A stretch of 53,556 bases of DNA from Patescibacteria group bacterium (lineage in GTDB: Bacteria > Patescibacteriota > Minisyncoccia > UBA6257 > GWB1-50-10): positions 1 to 53,556 of the forward strand of contig JASEIC010000003.1 in the NCBI GenBank assembly GCA_030017555.1, given 5' to 3'. A model generated the notes under the pieces. It was not told the origin of the DNA and ran no database searches. It saw nothing but the letters and a program-made list of their open reading frames with translations. The position numbers were made by a program, and so were the translations under genes. Below are positions 29,007 to 37,194 of this stretch, piece by piece; position 1 is the first letter of the stretch, and each line of letters starts with the position of its first letter.

Positions 29007-30224
29007 ATGTCTAATATTATCACCGGGCTCGATATTGGTTCTTCGCAGATAAGGGGTGTTGTTGTTGAGCAAAAAAAAGACGGCGCTCTTTCTCTTATTA
29101 CCGCTTTTAAAAATCCTTCTACCGGTTTTAGAAGGGGCGTGCTTGTTGATATTGAAGAGGCGACATCGGTTCTTCGTGATGTTGCTTTAGATCTTCATAA
29201 AATTTCAAAGCGCGCTACTAAAAATATTTTTGTGAATGTTAATAGCGAATATGTTAAAGCTCGATCTTCTCGAGGTATTGTCGCGGTATCTCGCGCTGAT
29301 CAAGAAATTCATCAAGACGATATCGATCGAGTTGTTCAGGCTTCGCGCGCCGTAAAACTTCTACCCAATTATTTAATTCTTCACAATATTATTCGTGAAT
29401 ATTTTGTTGATGACGTTGGCGATATTGCCGATCCTTTGGGTATGACCGGTAATCGTCTTGAGGCGAGCACATTAATAGTTGAAGCGTTTGCTCCGCAGGT
29501 TAATCTTTTAGTTAAAAATCTAGAGCGCGTTGGTTTTAAAATTGGTGGCTTGATATTTAATCCGCTTGCTTCTTCGCGATCGGTTCTTACTAAACGTCAG
29601 AAAGATTTGGGCGTTCTTATGATTGATTTTGGTTTTGGCGCGACTTCAATGGCGGTTTATGAGGAAAATAAAGTTTTGCATACAAAAAGTTTGCCAGTTG
29701 GTTCGGGTTATATAACAAACGATATCGCTATTGGATTTAAGGTTTCTATTGACGCGGCTGAAAAATTAAAAGTAACTTATGGATTTGCGGTGGCTAAAGA
29801 TATTTCTCGGCGAGAAATGGTAAAATTAAGCGAAATTGATCCCTCAAATAAGAGTGAAGTTTCACGACGTTTTTTAGCCGAGATTATTGAAATAAGACTT
29901 GCGGAAATTTTAGATCTAATTAATAATGAGCTCAAAGTATTAGGACGGTCAGTTCAGTTGCCGGCTGGAGTAGTGATTGCGGGGGGTGGAGTGAAATTAG
30001 CCGGCATTACCGAACTTATCAAGCAAGAATTGAAATTACCAGTTCAAATAGGATTTCCAAATTTACAAGGTTTAGAAATAATGAATCCCGCTCATCAAGA
30101 ATTGTTAGATGATCCGGAATTCGCGAGCGCTGTTGGTTTAGTTCGGTGGGGAAGCGCGGAAGAAAAAAAGTCTTTAAGCGGCGCCGAAGTTATAAAGAAT
30201 TTTTTTAAAAATTTGGTTCCGTAA
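29007..30224 (+). CDS. ftsA: Cell division protein FtsA
   Basis: GLDIGSS, P.GM.G.RLE, IDFG.G.T, ITNDIA, AE.LK, GGG. Confidence 0.95.
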   Translation: MSNIITGLDIGSSQIRGVVVEQKKDGALSLITAFKNPSTGFRRGVLVDIEEATSVLRDVALDLHKISKRATKNIFVNVNSEYVKARSSRGIVAVSRADQEIHQDDIDRVVQASRAVKLLPNYLILHNIIREYFVDDVGDIADPLGMTGNRLEASTLIVEAFAPQVNLLVKNLERVGFKIGGLIFNPLASSRSVLTKRQKDLGVLMIDFGFGATSMAVYEENKVLHTKSLPVGSGYITNDIAIGFKVSIDAAEKLKVTYGFAVAKDISRREMVKLSEIDPSNKSEVSRRFLAEIIEIRLAEILDLINNELKVLGRSVQLPAGVVIAGGGVKLAGITELIKQELKLPVQIGFPNLQGLEIMNPAHQELLDDPEFASAVGLVRWGSAEEKKSLSGAEVIKNFFKNLVP

Positions 30225-30239
30225 ATTAAATTTAAGAAA

Positions 30240-31475
30240 ATGACAAAAAGATCATTACGATCAAAAATAGTTCCTCAAAAAGCATCGCGACCCAAGAATA
30301 AAAATATGTTAACGAGAATTAAGGTTGTCGGCGTTGGCGGCGGTGGAGGCAATATTGTTAGTCGAATGATGCAAGGCGATCGGATTCGTGGCGTTGAATT
30401 TATTGCTATTAATACTGATGCGCAAGATTTAGACCATGTAACAGCTCATCGCAAGATTTATGTCGGTAAGGCGCTTACCCATGGTTTGGGCGCGGGTATG
30501 AATCCTGAAATTGGCAAACAAGCGATTGAGGAAAATCGTTCTGAAATTGGAGAAGCGCTTGATAATGCCGATATTGTTTTTGTAACCGTTGGCCTTGGTG
30601 GTGGTACTGGTACTGGTGGTGGACCGGTGGTGGCGGAAATTGCTCGCGAGAAAGGAATTTTAACTATAGCAATTATCACTAAACCGTTTGCTTTTGAAGG
30701 TCCGCAGCGCGCTAATATTGCTCAAGAAGGCTTAGTTAGATTTAAAGATAAAGTTGACGCGCTTGTGGTTGTTCCTAATGACCGTATTTTTAGTTTAATA
30801 AATAAAGATACTCCTCTTTTGAGAGCTTTTGGTTATGTTGACGATGTTTTAAAAAATGCAGTTCAAGCTATTGCCGATTTAATTAATGTGCCGGGTATTA
30901 TTAATGTCGATTTTGCTGATATAAAAGCTATTTTAAAAGACGCTGGCGTTACTCTTATTGGCACTGGTTTTGCGTCTGGTCCTGAGCGGAGTATAAAAGC
31001 AGTAAATTTTGCTATAAATTCACCGCTTTTGGAGATTTCTATTGATGGCGCAAAGGGCGTTCTTTTCAGTGTTTCTGGAGGGCGAGATTTGAGGATGGCT
31101 GAGATAAATGATATTGCAAAGGCCGTAGCTTCTAATTTAGATGTTAATGCCCGTATAATTTTTGGCACGTATCATGATCGAAGCCTTAAAGATAAAAATA
31201 TTAAAGTTACGGTAATAGCTACGGGCTTTAACGGTATTTTTAATCGGCCGACTTCAACTCCAACACTTTTCATAAATAGCGAATATACCAAGAAAAAGGA
31301 ATCAAATTTAGAAAAATTTGAAAAAATGGATAAAGCCGAAAGAGAAAAATCTGAAAAAAAGACGCAGATTAGTGTTCCTGATGAAGGATCAAAAGGAGAA
31401 AAAGCGGAAAAAGACCTTGAATCTAAGTCTGAGCCGTGGGAAATCCCAGCTTTTTTAAGAAAGCGAAGAAGATAG
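30240..31475 (+). CDS. ftsZ: Cell division protein FtsZ
   Basis: GVGGGG.N, GGGTGTG, INVDFAD, C-terminal IPAFLRK. Confidence 0.98.
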   Translation: MTKRSLRSKIVPQKASRPKNKNMLTRIKVVGVGGGGGNIVSRMMQGDRIRGVEFIAINTDAQDLDHVTAHRKIYVGKALTHGLGAGMNPEIGKQAIEENRSEIGEALDNADIVFVTVGLGGGTGTGGGPVVAEIAREKGILTIAIITKPFAFEGPQRANIAQEGLVRFKDKVDALVVVPNDRIFSLINKDTPLLRAFGYVDDVLKNAVQAIADLINVPGIINVDFADIKAILKDAGVTLIGTGFASGPERSIKAVNFAINSPLLEISIDGAKGVLFSVSGGRDLRMAEINDIAKAVASNLDVNARIIFGTYHDRSLKDKNIKVTVIATGFNGIFNRPTSTPTLFINSEYTKKKESNLEKFEKMDKAEREKSEKKTQISVPDEGSKGEKAEKDLESKSEPWEIPAFLRKRRR

Positions 31476-31500
31476 TCTTGACTGTTTTTAAAAAAACTTG

Positions 31501-31527
31501 ATCGCGAGGCAACACTCGCGATTTTTT
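31501..31527 (+). terminator. Intrinsic terminator after ftsZ
   Basis: ATCGCGAG-GCAACA-CTCGCGAT followed by T run. Confidence 0.7.
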
Positions 31528-31552
31528 GTCAAAAAAGTTTTATAATTTTTAT

Positions 31553-31561
31553 TTATCCACA
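31553..31561 (+). promoter_or_regulatory. Consensus DnaA box upstream of nrdJ
   Basis: TTATCCACA. Confidence 0.4.
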
Positions 31562-31614
31562 CTTGTATGAACCTTCTCCTCTGTTATAGTGATTTCGGCG
31601 AATGAAAAATATTT

Positions 31615-34368
31615 ATGCTTACTCAAACTTTAGAAGTTAAAAAACAATCCCTGAATAAAAAAAATTCTTTTTCTTTAAAAAGAATTTTTACCAAAAAAAA
31701 TATCCATCCATTTGATGAAATTAATTGGGTAAAACGTGATGTGGTGATCGGAAGCGGCGATAAGAAGGTTTTTGAGCAAAAAGACGTTGAATTTCCTGAT
31801 TTTTGGTCAGCCAACGCAATAAATATCACAACTTCTAAATATTTTCGCGGTAAATTAGATTCATCAGAAAGAGAAGTCAGCGCGAAACAAATGATTAGCC
31901 GCGTGGCAAAAACTATTCGTGATTGGGGTGAAAAATACGGTTATTTTTTTGGTCGTGAACAAGCGCAAATTTTTGAAGACGAACTTACCCACCTTCTTGT
32001 TTATCAAAAAGCGGCGTTTAATAGTCCAGTTTGGTTTAATGTCGGCGTGGTTGAGAAGCCTCAATGTTCCGCTTGTTTTATTCTTTCCGTAGAAGATAAT
32101 ATGTCCGCGATTCTTGATTGGATAAAAACCGAAGGGATGATTTTCAAAGGCGGTTCGGGTTCTGGAGTTAATTTGTCATTGCTTCGTTCAAAACGAGAAT
32201 TTCTTTCTAAGGGCGGACGAGCATCTGGTCCGGTTTCGTTTATGCGCGGCGCTGATTCGGTGGCGGGTATGATTAAGTCTGGCGGTACGACGCGTCGCGC
32301 CGCTAAAATGGTAATTTTAAATATTGATCATCCGGACATTGTTGATTTTATTCGTTGTAAAACCGAAGAAGAGAAAAAAGTTCGCGCTTTTGCCGCGGCC
32401 GGTTATGATATGTCTGATTTGAATAATGAAGCTTGGACATCAATTCAATTTCAAAACGCCAACAATACTGTTCGCATCACTGATGATTTTATGAAAGCGG
32501 TTGAAACTGACGGCAAGTGGAAAACAAAATTCATAGCGAGTGGCGAAGCAGCCGATACTCATAAGGCTCGTGAGCTTCTTACCGAAATTGCCGAAGCGGC
32601 TTGGGCGTGCGGTGACCCGGGTGTTCAATTCGATACCATTATAAATAATTGGCACACCTGTCCGAACTCAGGACGAATTAATGGTTCAAATCCTTGCTCA
32701 GAATATATGCATCTTGATAATTCCGCGTGTAATTTGGCGTCAATAAATCTTATTAAATTTTTGAAAGAAGACGGTTCTTTCGCGACAAAAGAATTTAAGC
32801 ACGCGGTAGATATTTTAATACTTGCTCAAGAAATTTTGGTTAGTAATTCAAGTTATCCAACCGAGAAAATAAGTGAAAACGCCAATAATTTTAGGCAATT
32901 AGGTTTGGGATATGCTAATTTAGGTTTACTTCTAATGACTAAGGGTTTGCCTTATGATTCGCTTCAAGGAAGAACGCTTGCCGCTTCAATTTCTTCACTT
33001 TTAACAGGGGAAGCCTATTATTTTTCTGCTTTAATTTCAGTTAAAAAAGGCCCATTTTACGGTTATTTATTAAATCGTGAGCCAATGCTTAAAGTTATTG
33101 AAAAACATCGTACTGCTTCACAGGCAATTAATTCAAAATTAGTAGAAGACAAGGAGTTAGCAGTGGAATCTCGTCGGGTTTGGGATAAGGCTTTTTCTTT
33201 GGGTCAAGAATACGGATTTAGAAATTCTCAAGTGACCGTCCTTGCGCCCACGGGCACAATTGCTTTTATGATGGATTGCGATACAACCGGTATTGAGCCG
33301 GATTTTTCTCTTGTTAAAATGAAACAATTAGTCGGCGGCGGTTGGATGAAAATTGTAAATAGCGGTATTGAAAATGCTTTGCGCAAACTCGGTTATTCAA
33401 AAGAAGAAATTATAAAAATTCTTGAGCGGATTATTGAGCAAGGCACAGCAGAGGGCGCGCCGAATTTTAAAAACGAGCATTTACCGATTTTTGATTGCGC
33501 GGTTAAAGTTCCAAAAGGCACTCGTTATATTTCATGGCAAGGCCACGTTCGGATGGTGGGCGCGGTTCAGCCGTTTATATCCGGCGCGATTTCAAAAACT
33601 TTTAATATGCCGCATGAAACAACGAAGGAAGAAATTATTGAAGCATATATGATGGCTTGGAAATTAGGCATTAAAGCTTTCGCTGTTTATCGCGACGGTT
33701 CTAAATCAACCCAACCTCTTCATTCTGCTCAAGCAAAAGACGTGAAGGACAATAATAAGAAGGTCAGCGACTCCCGGGTTTTTAGAAGGCGATTGCCGAC
33801 CACTCGCGATTCTGAAACTCATAAGTTTGCGATTGCCGGCCACGAGGGTTATCTGACTTACAGTACTTATGAAGACGGGTCTTTGGCAGAAATTTTTATT
33901 CGCGTAGCAAAACAGGGCAGTACGCTTTCCGGGCTTCTTGATGCTTTTGCAATTTCTGTTTCTATGGCTCTTCAATACGGCGTACCCTTAAAAGCTTTAG
34001 CTCATAAATTTATTTATACTCGTTTTGAGCCGGCTGGTTTTACCGAAAACTCTGATATTAGGATTGCGACAAGTATTGTTGATTATATTTTCCGTTATTT
34101 AGCAATTCGATTCTTAACTGAGCAGGAACTTGCTGAATTTGGTATGACACCTGTTCATCATGAAGTAAAAAAAGTTAGAACATCGACAACGCCGCCACTT
34201 CTTGAAGAAGACAAAGAAATAAATAATGTTCAAGATGTGTCAAAGAATTCAAAAGAAAGAACTGTGCTTGCTGATATTGTTTGTCGGAAGTGCGGGGGAA
34301 TGATGGTTCGAACCGGATCGTGCCTTACTTGCCTTCAGTGCGGGGAATCTTCCGGCGGGTGTTCTTAA
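31615..34368 (+). CDS. nrdJ: Class II (adenosylcobalamin-dependent) ribonucleotide reductase with C-terminal TSCPD-like and Zn-ribbon region
   Basis: FNSPVWFN, QCSACFI, GGTTRRAAKM, NPCSE, ACNLAS, APTGTI, AISKT.N, YRDGSK; terminal CxxC...CxxC, GGCS. Confidence 0.93.
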   Translation: MLTQTLEVKKQSLNKKNSFSLKRIFTKKNIHPFDEINWVKRDVVIGSGDKKVFEQKDVEFPDFWSANAINITTSKYFRGKLDSSEREVSAKQMISRVAKTIRDWGEKYGYFFGREQAQIFEDELTHLLVYQKAAFNSPVWFNVGVVEKPQCSACFILSVEDNMSAILDWIKTEGMIFKGGSGSGVNLSLLRSKREFLSKGGRASGPVSFMRGADSVAGMIKSGGTTRRAAKMVILNIDHPDIVDFIRCKTEEEKKVRAFAAAGYDMSDLNNEAWTSIQFQNANNTVRITDDFMKAVETDGKWKTKFIASGEAADTHKARELLTEIAEAAWACGDPGVQFDTIINNWHTCPNSGRINGSNPCSEYMHLDNSACNLASINLIKFLKEDGSFATKEFKHAVDILILAQEILVSNSSYPTEKISENANNFRQLGLGYANLGLLLMTKGLPYDSLQGRTLAASISSLLTGEAYYFSALISVKKGPFYGYLLNREPMLKVIEKHRTASQAINSKLVEDKELAVESRRVWDKAFSLGQEYGFRNSQVTVLAPTGTIAFMMDCDTTGIEPDFSLVKMKQLVGGGWMKIVNSGIENALRKLGYSKEEIIKILERIIEQGTAEGAPNFKNEHLPIFDCAVKVPKGTRYISWQGHVRMVGAVQPFISGAISKTFNMPHETTKEEIIEAYMMAWKLGIKAFAVYRDGSKSTQPLHSAQAKDVKDNNKKVSDSRVFRRRLPTTRDSETHKFAIAGHEGYLTYSTYEDGSLAEIFIRVAKQGSTLSGLLDAFAISVSMALQYGVPLKALAHKFIYTRFEPAGFTENSDIRIATSIVDYIFRYLAIRFLTEQELAEFGMTPVHHEVKKVRTSTTPPLLEEDKEINNVQDVSKNSKERTVLADIVCRKCGGMMVRTGSCLTCLQCGESSGGCS

Positions 34369-34376
34369 TTTTCTTG

Positions 34377-34449
34377 TCCCCTCACCAGGACTCGAACCTG
34401 GGACCCACTGCTTAAAAGGCAGGTGCTCTACCAACTGAGCTATGAGGGG
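34377..34449 (-). tRNA. tRNA-Lys(UUU); CCA not encoded
   Basis: CCCCTCA/TGAGGGG acceptor stem, GCTC-AGTTGGTA-GAGC D arm, loop CTTTTAA, CCAGG-TTCGAGT-CCTGG T arm. Confidence 0.92.
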
Positions 34450-34470
34450 ATTTACGTAAATTATAAATAT

Positions 34471-34515
34471 CTGCTTAAAAGTCCGCCAGTTGGCGGATGA
34501 GCTATGCGGGGATTT
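34471..34515 (-). pseudogene. Degenerate duplicate of the 5' half of tRNA-Lys with its centre replaced by a palindrome
   Basis: CTGCTTAAAAG and TGAGCTATGcGGGGATTT match 34408-34418 and 34436-34453; TCCGCCAGTTGGCGGA lies between them. Confidence 0.75.
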
Positions 34516-34558
34516 TAATTGATTATAGATAGTGTAGATAAATTATAGTAAAAATTCA

Positions 34559-34632
34559 ATCCCGTAGTGAAAATTCGACTGTCTGCAATTTTGTTCCGTA
34601 AAACGGAACAAGTCAAATTTCTACTACGGGAT
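34559..34632. repeat. 74-bp inverted-repeat (REP/MITE-like) element
   Basis: ATCCCGTAGT...ACTACGGGAT termini; internal TTGTTCCGT-AAA-ACGGAACAA hairpin. Confidence 0.7.
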
Positions 34633-34681
34633 CAAATTTTACGCTTTGCTTATAAATGATAGTTTTTGTAGGATAAAAATA

Positions 34682-35380
34682 ATGCATATTCACAGATTTT
34701 TCGGGGATTTTGATTTTAGTAAGCGAGATATTAAAATTTTTGATAAAGAACAAATAAACCAAATAAAAAACGTTCTAAGGTTGGGCGCGGATGATTATGT
34801 TATTCTTTGCGACGGCGAGTTAATTGAAGCTAACGCAAAAATTGTAAACATAAAAAAAGACTTTATCGAATTAAAAGTTTTGAATGTTTGGCAAAACAAA
34901 AGTGAATCTCCGCGATTTGTTCGTCTTTTTCTTTCGGTTTTAAGAAGAGAAAATTTTGAGTGGGCAGTCCAAAAAGCAGTTGAGGTCGGCGTAAAAGAAA
35001 TTATTCCAATTATTACTAAACATACGGTAAAACTTAATTTCAAAAAAGATCGGCTGGAAAAGATTATAAAGGAAGCAGCCGAGCAATCCGGCAGAGGATT
35101 TATGCCAAAATTAAGAGATGTGATAGTTTTTGAGCAAGCCGTTTTAAAGTTTAATAAAGATCAATACAATCTACTTTTTGATAAAAACGGAGAACAATTT
35201 GACGGTGTTTTTAAAGAAATAAATGAAGTTGGCATTTGGATTGGACCGGAAGGCGGTTGGGAAGATAGCGAAATTAAAATTGCCCATAATAATGATTTTA
35301 GGATTATGAGATTAGGCAATCTTATTTTGCGATCAGAGACCGCAACGGCGATTGCCGTATTTTTGGCTTGCAAAGGGTAA
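34682..35380 (+). CDS. rsmE: 16S rRNA m3U1498 methyltransferase
   Basis: HRFF, VLRL, QKAVEVGV, EAAEQSGR, IGPEGGW, LG..ILRSETA. Confidence 0.93.
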   Translation: MHIHRFFGDFDFSKRDIKIFDKEQINQIKNVLRLGADDYVILCDGELIEANAKIVNIKKDFIELKVLNVWQNKSESPRFVRLFLSVLRRENFEWAVQKAVEVGVKEIIPIITKHTVKLNFKKDRLEKIIKEAAEQSGRGFMPKLRDVIVFEQAVLKFNKDQYNLLFDKNGEQFDGVFKEINEVGIWIGPEGGWEDSEIKIAHNNDFRIMRLGNLILRSETATAIAVFLACKG

Positions 35381-35406
35381 TTAAAAAATTATAATAGGAA
35401 AGTTAT

Positions 35407-35481
35407 TCCCCGGTAGCTCAATGGTAGAGCGACGCTCTGTTAAAGCGTGGGTTGTAGGTTCGAATCCTACCCGGGGAGCCA
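35407..35481 (+). tRNA. tRNA-Asn(GUU) with encoded CCA
   Basis: TCCCCGG/CCGGGGA stem, ACGCT-CTGTTAA-AGCGT anticodon arm, GTAGG-TTCGAAT-CCTAC, GCCA end. Confidence 0.95.
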
Positions 35482-35562
35482 GTGTGCACGAACAGAGGCG
35501 AAAATCGGCATTTTTTTGTAGCAAGGGTTTTTTTCGGTTTATAATCGCCATTTAAAAAATTT

Positions 35563-35591
35563 TTGACAAAATTTTATTTCTTCGATATCAT
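35563..35591 (+). promoter_or_regulatory. Sigma70 promoter of the cold-shock gene
   Basis: TTGACA-17nt-TATCAT. Confidence 0.55.
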
Positions 35592-35657
35592 TAAAAATAT
35601 AAAATTAAACAATCAAGAGACAAGGTCGAGTTTCTAAGTAAAAAAATAATTAAACAA

Positions 35658-35858
35658 ATGAACGGAACTATCAAAAAGCTTGTCACGGAAAGAGGATTTG
35701 GATTCATTACCCGTGAAGGCGAAACAAAGGATCTTTTCTTTCACTCCAAAGAATTAAAAGGAGTGACATTTGACGAATTGAAGGAAGGCGATGCTGTTAC
35801 CTTTGAAGTCGTTGATGGCGAAAAGGGTCCGAGCGCCACAAACGTATCGCGCGCCTAA
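35658..35858 (+). CDS. Cold-shock domain protein
   Basis: RGFGFI (RNP1), DLFFH (RNP2), KGPSATNV. Confidence 0.95.
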   Translation: MNGTIKKLVTERGFGFITREGETKDLFFHSKELKGVTFDELKEGDAVTFEVVDGEKGPSATNVSRA

Positions 35859-35869
35859 GCGCCGATTTT

Positions 35870-35907
35870 TAAAAACCGCCCTTTGATTTTTCTTTGGGTG
35901 GTTTTTA
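35870..35907 (+). terminator. Terminator-like hairpin after csp
   Basis: TAAAAACCGCCC...GGGTGGTTTTTA. Confidence 0.6.
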
Positions 35908-36009
35908 ATTTTATTAAATTGTATTCTGTTGACAAACTTCAAAGATTTTGTTAGGTTGATATTGGTTAATTTTGACAAATAAATAAAGTAAAGAAAGGAG
36001 ATTTATAAA

Positions 36010-36588
36010 ATGTCAGAAAATCAAAAATCTAGCCAAGAAACTACAACACAGCCTTATCGGCATAAACCCAGTTGGGAACGAGAATCGTCTGACGGAAAAG
36101 GCTTTCTATGGCTTCTAATGATTTCGATTGTTATAGGGATTCTGGTAATAATCGGCTTTGTTAGCGGTTGGTTTAGCGGTAAGAGTGATATTCCGCAAGC
36201 CGAACTTAAAGCAAAATATGAACTTTGCAAAAGTACTTCAGATGAAATTACTGCTATAACAGTAACTATAAGTTCGCTTGAAAAACGCAAAGTCGGGATT
36301 GAGAATGCTAATAAAAAGAAACCTCAAGCCAAATGGTCGAAAAAAGTCAAAGCGGATTATAATTTATTACTTTCTCAAATTAATTCTTTGAAAGCAAAAT
36401 ATGACAGTCTTAGTAATATGTATAACACCGAGATGGCTAAGCTCAATTGGCGTTTTACAAAACCTGATAGTTTGCCGGCTGATAAAATCGAAATATTGCC
36501 ACGAGAATTAGAACCCATTTTAAAAGATAAAATTTCCGGTTCGAAAGAAAAAATTTCTGGTCCTAGTGGTCAAATTCTGATTTTCTGA
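36010..36588 (+). CDS. Membrane-anchored coiled-coil hypothetical protein
   Basis: AAGGAG SD upstream; one TM then coiled coil. Confidence 0.6.
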   Translation: MSENQKSSQETTTQPYRHKPSWERESSDGKGFLWLLMISIVIGILVIIGFVSGWFSGKSDIPQAELKAKYELCKSTSDEITAITVTISSLEKRKVGIENANKKKPQAKWSKKVKADYNLLLSQINSLKAKYDSLSNMYNTEMAKLNWRFTKPDSLPADKIEILPRELEPILKDKISGSKEKISGPSGQILIF

Positions 36589-36615
36589 GGAAACAACCAT
36601 AGAGTAATTAATTTT

Positions 36616-36644
36616 AAACTCCCAGTTTTCATAGGGAGTTTTTT
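36616..36644 (+). terminator. Intrinsic terminator
   Basis: AAACTCCC...GGGAGTTTTTT. Confidence 0.65.
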
Positions 36645-36687
36645 GTTTGCGGTTGAAATTATTATTGAATTGTGTAATTATTAGACT

Positions 36688-37062
36688 ATGGAAAGAAAAG
36701 AATTAATTAGAACGATTTATTTATATCTTTTTTCCTTAGTTGGTTTGGTGCTTGTAATTATCGGGCTTGTAAGATTGGTTGATTTAGGTTTAAAGATTTA
36801 TGTTTTTCCAAAAGCCGATGAGGCGGTTGTTTATCCAGAATATCCTATGCCAAAGCCAGTTCCAGTAGCGGAAAAACAAGGCGAGCCGACAAAAGAAGAT
36901 TTGGCCCGTTATAAGGCTGATCAAGAAATATCTCAAATAAAACAAAAAGAAAGCGAGCGGGCGCGGACAGCTTCTAATTCAATTGCAATGCTTATTATTG
37001 GTTTGCCGATATTTTTTTATCATTGGCGGAGCGTGCAAAAAGATCGGAAAATAAAAATCTAA
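36688..37062 (+). CDS. Two-TM hypothetical protein
   Basis: IR.IYLYL.SLVGL ... GLPIFFYHW pattern. Confidence 0.65.
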   Translation: MERKELIRTIYLYLFSLVGLVLVIIGLVRLVDLGLKIYVFPKADEAVVYPEYPMPKPVPVAEKQGEPTKEDLARYKADQEISQIKQKESERARTASNSIAMLIIGLPIFFYHWRSVQKDRKIKI

Positions 37063-37083
37063 CTCCTCTTTAAGGAGTTTTTT
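37061..37083 (+). terminator. Intrinsic terminator
   Basis: AACTCCT-CTTTA-AGGAGTT plus T run. Confidence 0.6.
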
Positions 37084-37194
37084 GTTGAGGCAATTTTTCG
37101 CAGAATCTTGACTATTAATAATTTGCGACCGTTAAAAAAACAGGTAGAAATACCCGCTTTTTTCATTTTGTGGTTAAATTAAGAAGTAATCAAA

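Noticed and set aside
31476-31614. Cobalamin riboswitch or NrdR boxes upstream of nrdJ
   Set aside because: Region is short and AT-rich; no recognisable B12 box or tandem NrdR palindromes
34249-34434. 61-aa minus-strand ORF
   Set aside because: It is a translation of tRNA-Lys plus the antisense of nrdJ
37084-37194. M-box or mgtA leader riboswitch
   Set aside because: Only ~110 nt, with no recognisable conserved structure or leader peptide
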